DNA of 64,000 bases, from positions 6,622 through 70,621 of the forward strand of contig CANFOM010000012.1 of NCBI GenBank assembly GCA_947448725.1, in the 5' to 3' direction. Positions 11,166 through 20,754 of this stretch are shown here, in pieces. Every line of letters starts with the position of its first letter. The first letter of the stretch is position 1. Below the pieces are notes generated by a model. The model did not search any database, was not told where the DNA came from, and saw nothing but the letters and a program-made list of their open reading frames with translations. The position numbers were made by a program, and so were the translations under genes. This DNA is from Bacteroidota bacterium (GTDB lineage: Bacteria > Bacteroidota > Bacteroidia > Chitinophagales > Chitinophagaceae).

Positions 11166-12423
11166 ATGTATATTTTTTATACTTTTTATTAAAATATAAG
11201 AGTGTCGCAATACTAACTAAAGTGCCAATAATTGACAAAATTAATACACCATTACTATAAAAATTTGTCCAACTTATTGAAATTCCCATTGAGCTTTTTA
11301 AAATAATAACAAAAACGCTTGCCAAATACCCAAAGGAATCTACTAAGTACATGAAATAACCTACATTTCCTTTTATTTTAAAGGTTGCAATCATGCGATC
11401 AAATAGTATACAATTAAATGGTATATACCCCATATACAATCCAAGCCCCACTAAAACTATCCATAAATAGCCAGATATAATGTGTTGTAAAAAGAGTAAA
11501 GTGCTTATTCCGCAAATTACAAAACCTGCCAAAATGATTATTTGCGCTATTTGAAAAGCTAATTTATTATTATTGATATAAATCATACTTGCAATAAGAA
11601 TAAGTACACAAAATGCAATAGGAATTTCAGTGGCTGTAAAAATGGCTGCATTTTTACCATAGCCTAATTCTAACCAAATATCTGCAGCGAAATTGTCTCT
11701 TATATCTCTAAAAAGTGTAAGTAATATATAAATAAAAATAAATGAAATCAACCCAAAAGAAAATAGCTTAAAAAAATGTTTCCTTTCATTGCTATTCATG
11801 GGTACTCTCAAGGATTTCTCTTCCGTTTCAAAAGCAGTAGGATGTGGTATTTTTTCTAGTAAATATATCAATATAATTACGGGGACTAAAAATATAAGCC
11901 CCGTATAAAAAGGGATCCACTTTTCTTGCAGCACATATGTAAGTTGAAGCCATTTTCCAACAGTTTTAACAAACCCAGAAGAAACTATAAAACTTACAGC
12001 CATTGTCGCCCCAATAAAATCGGATGTTTTACGGCCTTCTACAAAGGAGAAAATCAAGCCCCATAATACTCCCAAGGGTAGGCCATTGAAAAATAAGAAT
12101 ACTATATTCCAAGGAGATTTAAATAATGGGAATAATAACAATGGAATAAAAGACAAAATAATTAACATCAAAATAGACCAGCCTCTTCCGACTTTGTTCA
12201 ATTCTGAGATAAATTTAATGCCATAAAATTTACTTACAGTATACCCCAATACCTGTGCAATAACCAAAATATTTTTATAATCAACCCCAGCTATTTTTGG
12301 TTCATCCATGTACAATCCAATGGTAAATGGTTTTCTAAAAGCGTACACACAAGCATAAGTTAAAAAACATATTACGGCTATATAGATAGAAATTAATATA
12401 CTATTTATCTTCTCTTTTTTCAA
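11158..12423 (-). CDS. Polytopic inner-membrane permease (MFS-like; I recall this family as DUF5690)
   Basis: 421-aa ORF that is hydrophobic throughout, with roughly 10-12 TM segments by eye. It shows translational coupling (8-nt overlap) to the FAD oxidase gene. Confidence 0.6.
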   Translation of the reverse strand: MKKEKINSILISIYIAVICFLTYACVYAFRKPFTIGLYMDEPKIAGVDYKNILVIAQVLGYTVSKFYGIKFISELNKVGRGWSILMLIILSFIPLLLFPLFKSPWNIVFLFFNGLPLGVLWGLIFSFVEGRKTSDFIGATMAVSFIVSSGFVKTVGKWLQLTYVLQEKWIPFYTGLIFLVPVIILIYLLEKIPHPTAFETEEKSLRVPMNSNERKHFFKLFSFGLISFIFIYILLTLFRDIRDNFAADIWLELGYGKNAAIFTATEIPIAFCVLILIASMIYINNNKLAFQIAQIIILAGFVICGISTLLFLQHIISGYLWIVLVGLGLYMGYIPFNCILFDRMIATFKIKGNVGYFMYLVDSFGYLASVFVIILKSSMGISISWTNFYSNGVLILSIIGTLVSIATLLYFNKKYKKYTYE

Positions 12424-12446
12424 AATATTTGCATTGTATAATAATC

Positions 12447-12480
12447 AAGAAAGAGTCCCAAATACTTGGAACTCTTTCTT
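12447..12480 (-). terminator. Hairpin in the SusD-permease gap (possible attenuator or partial terminator)
   Basis: AAGAAAGAGT (12447-12456) pairs perfectly with ACTCTTTCTT (12471-12480) across a 14-nt loop. On the coding (-) strand it is followed by UGAUUAUUAUAC, which is only moderately U-rich. Confidence 0.4.
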
Positions 12481-12528
12481 TTTCGATTACTCGTTATAAA
12501 CAATATAAACCCCCATTTATATTTACTT

Positions 12529-14109
12529 CTATTGAATGATCCACATTTTAGCATTAATATCATCTTTCCCACTATACTGAGAAGTAAGTGCAGAAGTTAA
12601 ATTTGCTTTATTAGTAGACAATTCTGATGATGGATATTGATAACGCAAAGGAATGATATTGCTATTTCCAGTACCAGGGCCCGCATCAAATGCAGGAACG
12701 CCTGTTCTTCTCCATTGATAATAACCTTCTAAACCAGAATTACGAGCTAGTGCTAAATAACGTTGGGTTAAAATTTGATTTAAACCTGAAGCTGTATTGT
12801 CCCCAGCATATTTAACTGCATCTTGATTGAAATAATCTGCAAAACTAAAATTAACCGTATAGTTAACATAATCCCCAGGTGCAGTTCCTTTCAAGAAAGA
12901 AACTGTATTATTGCCATCAACAATACCATAAAAAGCAAACATCGCTTTTATTCCTTTTTGGTACCAATCATTTGCCGATCCACTGATCCAACCACGATTA
13001 ATGGCTTCTGCAATATTCAAACACATCTCAGGATAGCCTACTAAAAAGGTATTTTCTCCAGTAAAGCCATCATAATAACGCTTACGACCAATTGGAGCTA
13101 TTTTAAGAGCCACAATTTTTCCACCTAATACAGACATGTCTTCGCCAGCACCACCGCCCACAAAAGATTTAAAAGACGTGTCAGCAAAACCTAAACCACG
13201 AGCAGGATCAGCTACTTTCATGGCTCTTAAATCTTTCAAACTACTCAAAGTATTTAACCAAGTTGATGCAACACACAAACGCAATGCATCATTACCATAG
13301 TTATTTTTATTATTTGGATAATAATTGTAAGATGAGTTGTAAACAAATTCCCAGTTATCAGACAATTCAGACATGATAGGATACTTAGCAGGATTTCCAA
13401 AAACGTCTGAAAATTTTTGCTTGATGTTTAAATCTGCATCATTCGATTTTTTACTCAAATTAATTAGTAGTCTTAATTTGTAGGTATTAACTACTTTTTG
13501 CCATTTCTTTAAAGCAGTCAAAGGATCAACACCCCCAGATATTTTTTCTTGGAAATAAAAATCTCCTAATAAAGCTGTATTTGAACTTGCTATCAAGGAA
13601 GCTAAATCAGTATTAGCATCTTCTAATAATTTGAAAGCTTGAATAAATACCTGTTTTTGACTATCATATTTTGGAGTAGGATTAGCCAATCCTTTCAAGG
13701 CTTCTGACATTGGTATATCCCCTACTTTTAAACTCATACCTACATAAATATAGGCTTTGAAAAATTTAGCTAATGCTCCATAAGGAGTAACTCCTGTAGA
13801 TGCTTTTGCTGCTTCTTTTTCCATTGCTGCTATATTTTCCAAAGTGTTGTAATCTAAATTCGCACTACCACTCCAATATTCATTCGTACCATAATAGGTA
13901 TAGGTAGATAGGGTATATTGCCCAAATTTATCTTCATCACCTGCCGGGAAAACCATTATGTTATTTTCGATTTGTCTCAACAACAAATAGGCTGGTACGG
14001 AAGTAGGCTGATTTGGATTTTGAGTATACTTCTCAAATGTTTTTGTACAACTACTTGCAGCTATTGCAATGACTGCAAAAAATAGCGCTATTAATTTATT
14101 TGTTTTCAT
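12529..14109 (-). CDS. SusD/RagB-family nutrient-binding outer-membrane lipoprotein
   Basis: 526-aa ORF. Lipoprotein signal (AIAASSCTK). Located 33 nt downstream of a SusC-type gene. TPR-like helical composition typical of SusD homologues. Confidence 0.8.
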   Translation of the reverse strand: MKTNKLIALFFAVIAIAASSCTKTFEKYTQNPNQPTSVPAYLLLRQIENNIMVFPAGDEDKFGQYTLSTYTYYGTNEYWSGSANLDYNTLENIAAMEKEAAKASTGVTPYGALAKFFKAYIYVGMSLKVGDIPMSEALKGLANPTPKYDSQKQVFIQAFKLLEDANTDLASLIASSNTALLGDFYFQEKISGGVDPLTALKKWQKVVNTYKLRLLINLSKKSNDADLNIKQKFSDVFGNPAKYPIMSELSDNWEFVYNSSYNYYPNNKNNYGNDALRLCVASTWLNTLSSLKDLRAMKVADPARGLGFADTSFKSFVGGGAGEDMSVLGGKIVALKIAPIGRKRYYDGFTGENTFLVGYPEMCLNIAEAINRGWISGSANDWYQKGIKAMFAFYGIVDGNNTVSFLKGTAPGDYVNYTVNFSFADYFNQDAVKYAGDNTASGLNQILTQRYLALARNSGLEGYYQWRRTGVPAFDAGPGTGNSNIIPLRYQYPSSELSTNKANLTSALTSQYSGKDDINAKMWIIQ

Positions 14110-14142
14110 ATTTTTTTATTTTTTTAAACAATTATTTTTATT

Positions 14143-17100
14143 TTAGAAAACAATGTTTAAGTTAATACCATAACTACGTGTAGTAGGCGTTTGTAAATTA
14201 TATTCCTTACTATTACCACTATTGTAATCGCGACCAGAATATTGGTCAATATCCATATCCTTAAAACGATCTGGGAAGAAATACAATAAGTTACGTCCAA
14301 CCAATGAAATATCAACTTTAGAAACAAATGATTTCTTACCAATCAATGACTGAGGCAATGAATACGTAATAACTATCTCACGTAATTTTCCATAAGTTTT
14401 CGAAACTGAAGTATGTTCAAAGTCATTAAAGAAACTACTTACATAATCTTGAATATAATTCACAACCCCTGTATTTTTAGCAAATTGTAAAGAACTTAAA
14501 TTAGTAATCACACCAGTTACGGGGTCATATTTAATTGCTTGGCCATTTGAAATTTGTACCCCCTCGCCTACATAAGTTCCTTTAAATCCTTTATCATTGT
14601 AATGCGCTGCTTCGTATGCTCTAGCTGCACCCACTGCACCTTCTGCAGTAAAAATATTAGAGCCGCCTTCAATACCTTTTCTCATTACACGGTCTTGAAC
14701 TACACCGCCCACTTTACCATCAAATTGGAAAGAGAAAGTAAAAGCTTTATAATTGAATTTATTGTAAATAGACCAGCTCCAATCTGCATCTGCATGACCT
14801 ACATATTGTGCTTTTGGCAAATACACTGGATAACCAGCGCTGTTATTAATTACTTGCCCATCAGATGTTTTCGCAGTAACACCAGAATAAATTTTATCTA
14901 CTCTATCACCTTGGTGGAATTGGTAACTTTCAAAATTGCTTGGCAATTCTTTATAGGTTTCTGTAAAAGTTGACCAGTTAAGCATCACATCCCAGTTTAA
15001 CCCTTTTGCAGATCTTAATGGAGAGCCTGTTAAAGACAATTCAGCCCCTTTTACTTGTGTTTTAATAGCATTTGTAGTAAATGCAGTTATACCTGTAGTT
15101 TGTGAAATTGGGAAATCTCTAATTCCAGGGCCATTGATATTATTAAAGAACGTTGCTGCTAAACCTAATCTATTTTTCAAAAATTTGACATCAAATCCAT
15201 ACTCTGTACTTGTTACTTGAGAAGATTTAATATTAGAGTCAATAGCATTCAAAGGAGCACTTGCGCCAGTTGAACCATTGTATACTGTGTTAATAGAATA
15301 CGCTGGATTAGATAAAGAATATGATGGTCCACCGTAAACACTTACATATGGGTTTCCGTATCCAACAGGATAACCCGCTGGGCCAATATATTGTTGAGTA
15401 TTAGGTGATTTTGCAGATGCATAACTTGCTCTCACTTTTAAGAAGCTAATAATTTCAGGCATTTTTACATAATCTGAAATAACTGATGCTCCAGAAATGG
15501 ATGGATAGAAATAGGTATTATTATTAATTAACAAAGTAGAACTCTTATCTACTCTTCCAGTAGTTGTTAAAGTGAAATACTTACCAAATTCAACTCCTGC
15601 TGAATAATAAGAACTCAATACCAACATGTCAGAATGGAAATTGTATGCTTTAACAGCATTCAATGAATTAGCAAATGAATACAATCCTGGTACGTTTAAG
15701 TAATCAGTAGTAGTAAAACTAGACTGATAAGTAAAGTTACGGGCATTCACACCACCTATCGCATCAAACACAATACCATTGGTAAACTTATGATTGTATT
15801 TTGCTAAAGCTTCTACGTTATTATCAAACAAAGAACGAACGTCTTCTCTATAATCACCGCGGTTTAATTCACGACCATAAGGGTGAGCAGAATAAGGCAT
15901 TTGCTCAGTTCTTAAAACGTTATTGGCACTTATATTGGTTCTTAAGATAGCTTCAAAATCATTGTTAGGCTTATAAGACAAAGAAATATTTCCTGTAACA
16001 TCATTTTTATAATGACCACGCAACCACTCATAACTCATAAAATAAGGATTGTGGTAACGTTGGTATTCAGCAAATTTAGACTGAACCCCTTCTTTGCCTG
16101 GTTGCCAGTAGCTTTTCATATCATCTACATTCCAATCTGCACCAGTCCAAATGGTCATAGAGTAGATAACACTATTAGGGCCATAAGAAACATCTGGCGT
16201 ATTAGGAGAAAATTGGCGATTGTAATTTAAACTACCGTCAATTTTAAATTTGCTAGATAGATTATAACTCGCATTCAAATTAAAATTAATCGTATTTAAT
16301 TTTGTATTTGGAATGATACCTTGTTGAGTGGTATTGCTTAAAGACATACGTACATTAGAACGATCGGTAACAGAAGAAAAACTTAAGTTATTAGTAGACA
16401 ATACTCCTGCTTGAATAAAACGCTCCAAATTATTTTTACCCACTGGTAAATAAGGAGTTGCTTTACGAACACCCGTAACTGGATCAATTGGACTATTCCA
16501 CTGAGGAATTAATTGGCCGTTTAAAGCTGGTCCCCAAACATCATAGTCCCCATCATTGATTCCACCACCTTTACCATCGCCAAATGCATATTGAGAATAG
16601 TCACCACCGCCATATAATGCTTGTGATTTAGGTAAAGCAATAAATCCTTTATCTACTTGTGTACTAGAATTAAATTCAATAGTATACCCTTTATCGTTTT
16701 TCTTTGCTCTTTTGGTAGTAATTAAAATAGCCCCATTTTGTGCACGGCTTCCATAAATTGCTGTTGCAGCCAACCCTTTTAGAACGGTATAAGACTCAAT
16801 ATCATCTGGACTTAGATTCCAAGTATCAGAAGTTACTGGGATACCATCAACCACATATAAAGAAATATTGTACCCACGTAAAGAAACGTTAGGCGCTGCT
16901 AACATTTCACGATTAATAGCAACATCTAAACCAGCGACTTTACCTACTAATCCATTGATTGGATTGGGTTCTCTCGCTTTCACTAAATCGGCACCCTTTA
17001 CTTCTTGCACAGAGTAACCTAATTTTTTTACATCTTTTTTAACCCCCAAACCAGTTACCACCACATCTTCTAATTTATCCACAGCAGGAATTAATTTTAC

Positions 17101-17388
17101 TAGCAATTCAGTGCCATTAATAACGACCTGTGAGGTTTGAAAGCCAACATAGGAAACCGAAATAACGACTCCTTTAGTTGCACTAATGGTAAAACTACCG
17201 TTTGAAGTCGATAAGGTGCTTTTACTGTTTTTGACAGATATAGTTGCACCTTCAATTGCATTTGATGTAGTAGCATCAATTACTTTACCACTTACATTCA
17301 AATTTTGCGCATGTACCTGAAATGCAAAGCAGATAAGTGCTAGCGGCATCATCAGGTATTTTAATAATTTGATTTTTTCTTGAATCAT
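14143..17388 (-). CDS. SusC/RagA-family TonB-linked outer-membrane transporter
   Basis: 1081-aa ORF. Signal peptide, N-terminal carboxypeptidase-regulatory-like domain (VSGKVIDATTSNAIEGATISV), plug (GLDVAINREM..RGYNSL..VVDGIP), and the terminal beta-barrel motif ending in ..NLNIVF. Confidence 0.9.
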   Translation of the reverse strand: MIQEKIKLLKYLMMPLALICFAFQVHAQNLNVSGKVIDATTSNAIEGATISVKNSKSTLSTSNGSFTISATKGVVISVSYVGFQTSQVVINGTELLVKLIPAVDKLEDVVVTGLGVKKDVKKLGYSVQEVKGADLVKAREPNPINGLVGKVAGLDVAINREMLAAPNVSLRGYNISLYVVDGIPVTSDTWNLSPDDIESYTVLKGLAATAIYGSRAQNGAILITTKRAKKNDKGYTIEFNSSTQVDKGFIALPKSQALYGGGDYSQYAFGDGKGGGINDGDYDVWGPALNGQLIPQWNSPIDPVTGVRKATPYLPVGKNNLERFIQAGVLSTNNLSFSSVTDRSNVRMSLSNTTQQGIIPNTKLNTINFNLNASYNLSSKFKIDGSLNYNRQFSPNTPDVSYGPNSVIYSMTIWTGADWNVDDMKSYWQPGKEGVQSKFAEYQRYHNPYFMSYEWLRGHYKNDVTGNISLSYKPNNDFEAILRTNISANNVLRTEQMPYSAHPYGRELNRGDYREDVRSLFDNNVEALAKYNHKFTNGIVFDAIGGVNARNFTYQSSFTTTDYLNVPGLYSFANSLNAVKAYNFHSDMLVLSSYYSAGVEFGKYFTLTTTGRVDKSSTLLINNNTYFYPSISGASVISDYVKMPEIISFLKVRASYASAKSPNTQQYIGPAGYPVGYGNPYVSVYGGPSYSLSNPAYSINTVYNGSTGASAPLNAIDSNIKSSQVTSTEYGFDVKFLKNRLGLAATFFNNINGPGIRDFPISQTTGITAFTTNAIKTQVKGAELSLTGSPLRSAKGLNWDVMLNWSTFTETYKELPSNFESYQFHQGDRVDKIYSGVTAKTSDGQVINNSAGYPVYLPKAQYVGHADADWSWSIYNKFNYKAFTFSFQFDGKVGGVVQDRVMRKGIEGGSNIFTAEGAVGAARAYEAAHYNDKGFKGTYVGEGVQISNGQAIKYDPVTGVITNLSSLQFAKNTGVVNYIQDYVSSFFNDFEHTSVSKTYGKLREIVITYSLPQSLIGKKSFVSKVDISLVGRNLLYFFPDRFKDMDIDQYSGRDYNSGNSKEYNLQTPTTRSYGINLNIVF

Positions 17389-17446
17389 AAATATATTTTT
17401 TCAGTTTTGAAGGCACAAGATAAAAGCATATATTTTTTAAAAATTA

Positions 17447-17458
17447 AACACTAGTGTT
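17447..17458. promoter_or_regulatory. Perfect 12-bp palindrome AACACTAGTGTT in the divergent SusC / phosphoesterase control region
   Basis: Read directly from the sequence. It lies 59 nt upstream of the SusC start codon. Function unproven. Confidence 0.3.
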
Positions 17459-17622
17459 AACAAATTATTATGTTCGCTTTAACATTTAGTTTTATAACAT
17501 TGCTTAATATTCTGGTAACAATTGGTTTACGATTTGGTAACAAATAGGCAAATGCTTAATAATATGTTCACATTGAAAAATCAATTGAATATTTAATTTG
17601 TGGGACAATTCAATTTAATTCA

Positions 17623-20328
17623 ATGAAGATCTTATTTACATTATTCCAATTAATTTTAGTATCCAATTATTTAGTTGCTCAAAAAAGTTATAATTACTTA
17701 TCTGTTCCAGGTGACCAAGAGTATACTACCATCGATAAAAATAATCACACTGTATTGCCAAGTGGGAGATATATTAAGCCAGCAGGCTCTACTATTCAAA
17801 TTACACATGACCCTTTTGGAATGGCCGTTTCGCCAGATGGAACCAAAACAGTTACCTTGCATGATGGTGTAATTACAATTATAAACAATGATAATTTAAA
17901 AGCCGTTCGAGTTCCTAGTTATGATAAAAAAATTGACACTATTTTAAAAAAAGGGTCTTTTTTGGGAATCACTTTTGCTGGAACCAATAATGATTTAGTG
18001 TATTTAAGTGCTGGGGATGCGGGTGCAGTAATTGTTTATGATATTAAACAATATAAAAAAATAGATTCTATTTCATTAAATGGAACTATTAATGGAGAAG
18101 CATTTGATGATAGCTTTACTTCCGATATCATTTACAATGAAAAAGAAAATGAATTATTGGTTTTAGATAGAGGTAATTTTAGATTGGTAAGAATTGATCT
18201 TACAACAAAAAAAATAAAAGCATCTATTAAAACTGGACGTCAACCTTTTAATTTGGCCTTAAGTCCAAACAAGGAATTCGTTTTGGTGGCCAATGTAGGA
18301 ATGTACGATTATCCTGTGCTACCAGACCTCACCAAAGAAAATTATGATACACTATTATTGCCTTGGCACCCCTATGGCAACAATACCAAAGAATCTATTC
18401 AAGGAACAACTTACAATGGCAGATTTGTCCCTGGGGTAGGTGACCCTTTATCTCCAGATGCCATGAGTGTATTTAGCATTGACTTAAATACAAACAAAGT
18501 TATTGATAAGTTTAAAACGGGTTATCAAATTGGAGAGATGATCGAAGGCGCTGAAGTAGTGGGAGGAGCAAGTCCAAATTCGATTGCTATTGGAAATAAT
18601 TTTGCTTATGTATCCAATGCCACCAATGACAATATTTCAATCATTGACTATAAAAATCATAAAATAATAGGCAGCATTCCTATCAAATTAAATGACGCTA
18701 TAGATCATTATAGAGGATACCTCCCATTTGGCATTGCCATGGCGAAGGATGAAAAAACATTGTATGTGGCATTATTAGGCTTTAACGCAGTGGCGGTAAT
18801 TGATCTTGAAAAAAGAAAAACCATTGGATTTATTCCAAGTGGTTGGGGTACATCAAAAATAAAATTAAGTAGCGATGAAAAAGATATGTACGTTATCTCT
18901 TGTAGAGGTTATGGCGCAGGGCCTAATGGAGGAATAGGATTTAAAAAACCTGATCAAGGTACCTATATTGGAGACATTCAATTAGGTACTTTCCAAAAAA
19001 TTCAAGTACCTACATTGGAGGAATTAAAAGTCTATACAACTACAACTTTAAACAATACCTATAAAACAATAACCAAATTGGATGATATAAAAAATCCATT
19101 ACCTATCAAAGCAGGCATTCGTAAAAGCCCTATAAAATATATTGTTTACATCACTAAAGAAAATAGAACTTATGACGAAGTGTTAGGTCAATTAAAAACA
19201 GGCAGAGGTGATTCTAGTATAGCAAGGTTTGGAAATCATGTAAGAATGGGCTTTCAAAGTAAAAGTGCCGTAGGATATGATATTACTCCCAATCATGCAA
19301 AATTGGCACAAGAATTTGCTTTTTCAGATAATTTTTATTGCGACGGCGATGCCTCCATACACGGACACCACTGGATGATGGGTGTGATACCGAATGAATG
19401 GGTAGAGACTAATTCAAGTGTAAGTAAATCTGCAAAAATATTTTCAAAAGCTTCAGGTAGAAGATTCCCTGGCACTACAGGCAGTATCGATCCAGAAGAT
19501 TATGCAGAAAGAGGTGGTTTATGGGAGGCCCTTGAAAGAAAAAAAGTACCCTTTTATAATTTTGGAGAAGCCAATGAAACGGCACATAATAGAGAAGAAT
19601 GGAATGATACTGCTACAGGTGGCGCACATGCTGTAATGGTTCCTATGCAAAAAGCATTATGGAAAAATACGAGTCATAATTATGCAGGTTTTAATTGTAA
19701 TATTCCAGATCAATTTAGAATGGAGCAATTTGAATCCGAGTTTACAAAACTTTGGTTAAGCAAGCATAAGGAAATACCTCATCTAATTACCATGCAAGTG
19801 CCCAATGACCATACGGCAGATCCAAGACCTAAATTCGGATATCCCTACCATGAATCCTATGTAGCAGACAATGATTTAGCGGTAGGTAGGATTTTGCATT
19901 TCTTATCTAGAACACCTTACTGGAAAAATATGTTGGTAATTATTACCGAAGATGACCCTCAAGGTGGAGTTGATCATATAGATGCGCATAGAAGTATCTT
20001 AATGCTGGCAGGCCCTTATGTAAAGAGAAATTACACGTCTAAGACTCATGCAAATTTTGGTTCAATACTTAAAGTGATTTATAATATTTTAGATGTGCCC
20101 TATGTAAATCAGTATGATGCCACAGCAAGTTTATTGGATGATTTTTTTACAGACAAACCAAATTATAAGCCCTATAGCTTAGTTTTTCCTTCCAAAGAAA
20201 TATTCAATACAACCAATGCAATGAAACGTTATAATCGAGACATAGATTGGCGAAAAGTTGAAAAAGGGCCTGATATGGATGACGAGGATGAAATTAGAAA
20301 AGCACATTATAAAAAAGAAAAGAAATAA
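17623..20328 (+). CDS. Secreted beta-propeller (YVTN/YncE-like) fused to a PF04185-type phosphoesterase (phospholipase C / AcpA acid phosphatase family)
   Basis: 901-aa ORF with a signal peptide. The N-terminal half has lactonase/YVTN-like repeats (P.G.A.SPDG... / P..IA......YV.N). The C-terminal half has IVYITKENRTYDEVLG (compare ENRSFDHYFG) and ITEDDPQGGVDHIDAHRS. Confidence 0.75.
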   Translation: MKILFTLFQLILVSNYLVAQKSYNYLSVPGDQEYTTIDKNNHTVLPSGRYIKPAGSTIQITHDPFGMAVSPDGTKTVTLHDGVITIINNDNLKAVRVPSYDKKIDTILKKGSFLGITFAGTNNDLVYLSAGDAGAVIVYDIKQYKKIDSISLNGTINGEAFDDSFTSDIIYNEKENELLVLDRGNFRLVRIDLTTKKIKASIKTGRQPFNLALSPNKEFVLVANVGMYDYPVLPDLTKENYDTLLLPWHPYGNNTKESIQGTTYNGRFVPGVGDPLSPDAMSVFSIDLNTNKVIDKFKTGYQIGEMIEGAEVVGGASPNSIAIGNNFAYVSNATNDNISIIDYKNHKIIGSIPIKLNDAIDHYRGYLPFGIAMAKDEKTLYVALLGFNAVAVIDLEKRKTIGFIPSGWGTSKIKLSSDEKDMYVISCRGYGAGPNGGIGFKKPDQGTYIGDIQLGTFQKIQVPTLEELKVYTTTTLNNTYKTITKLDDIKNPLPIKAGIRKSPIKYIVYITKENRTYDEVLGQLKTGRGDSSIARFGNHVRMGFQSKSAVGYDITPNHAKLAQEFAFSDNFYCDGDASIHGHHWMMGVIPNEWVETNSSVSKSAKIFSKASGRRFPGTTGSIDPEDYAERGGLWEALERKKVPFYNFGEANETAHNREEWNDTATGGAHAVMVPMQKALWKNTSHNYAGFNCNIPDQFRMEQFESEFTKLWLSKHKEIPHLITMQVPNDHTADPRPKFGYPYHESYVADNDLAVGRILHFLSRTPYWKNMLVIITEDDPQGGVDHIDAHRSILMLAGPYVKRNYTSKTHANFGSILKVIYNILDVPYVNQYDATASLLDDFFTDKPNYKPYSLVFPSKEIFNTTNAMKRYNRDIDWRKVEKGPDMDDEDEIRKAHYKKEKK

Positions 20329-20329
20329 A

Positions 20330-20743
20330 CTACAAGCCCTCAAAAGCTTTCATCATAAAAATGGCCGTTTCGCCAAATTCTTTTCCTTTGTTCATTCTGT
20401 CAATGGCGGCTCTTTCGTAAGCCAATTCTTCGGTTTGCGTGGTAAGTATCCCAAATATAATTGGTGTGGTATGTAATGCAGATAATTGGCTTATACCATT
20501 GGTCACATATTGACAAACATATTCATAATGATCCGTATCGCCTTTGATGATAGCGCCAATTACAATGATAGATTTATACTTTCCTGTACTTATTAATTTA
20601 TTGGCATACACAACGGTTTCCACCGCGCCAGGACATTCAAATAAAGTAAATGGACTCTTTACTTGTTTCAAATAATCAATACAGCCTTTTTCTAATAAAT
20701 CGGTGATTTCTGGATTGAATTGAGCTTTTATAATTGCTATCAT
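20330..20743 (-). CDS. ribH: 6,7-dimethyl-8-ribityllumazine synthase (short form, 137 aa)
   Basis: Motifs CPGAVETVVYANKL, GAIIKGDTDHYEYV and IFGILTT match the RibH core. It lacks the usual N-terminal ~15-20 residues. Confidence 0.8.
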   Translation of the reverse strand: MIAIIKAQFNPEITDLLEKGCIDYLKQVKSPFTLFECPGAVETVVYANKLISTGKYKSIIVIGAIIKGDTDHYEYVCQYVTNGISQLSALHTTPIIFGILTTQTEELAYERAAIDRMNKGKEFGETAIFMMKAFEGL

Positions 20744-20754
20744 GATTTATTATT

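Noticed and set aside
11166-11210. ORF-track start (MRHSYILIKSIKNIH..) for the FAD oxidoreductase
   Set aside because: This extension lies entirely inside the upstream permease gene and precedes the Rossmann GxGxxG by 15 non-conserved residues. The internal ATG at 11165 gives the usual spacing and a classic ATGAATAG overlap.
14554-14973. 139-aa plus-strand ORF inside the SusC gene. Similar antisense or nested ORFs occur at 250-531, 747-965, 952-1143, 1031-1267, 16012-16230, 27991-28290, 36758-37084, 54515-54760, 56103-56300, 58746-58973, 61221-61637, 62444-62710, 62570-62824, 62673-62858 and 62821-63075.
   Set aside because: All of them lie within, or antisense to, long ORFs with clear family signatures. 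They have low-complexity or odd composition and no motifs. I treat them as shadow ORFs.
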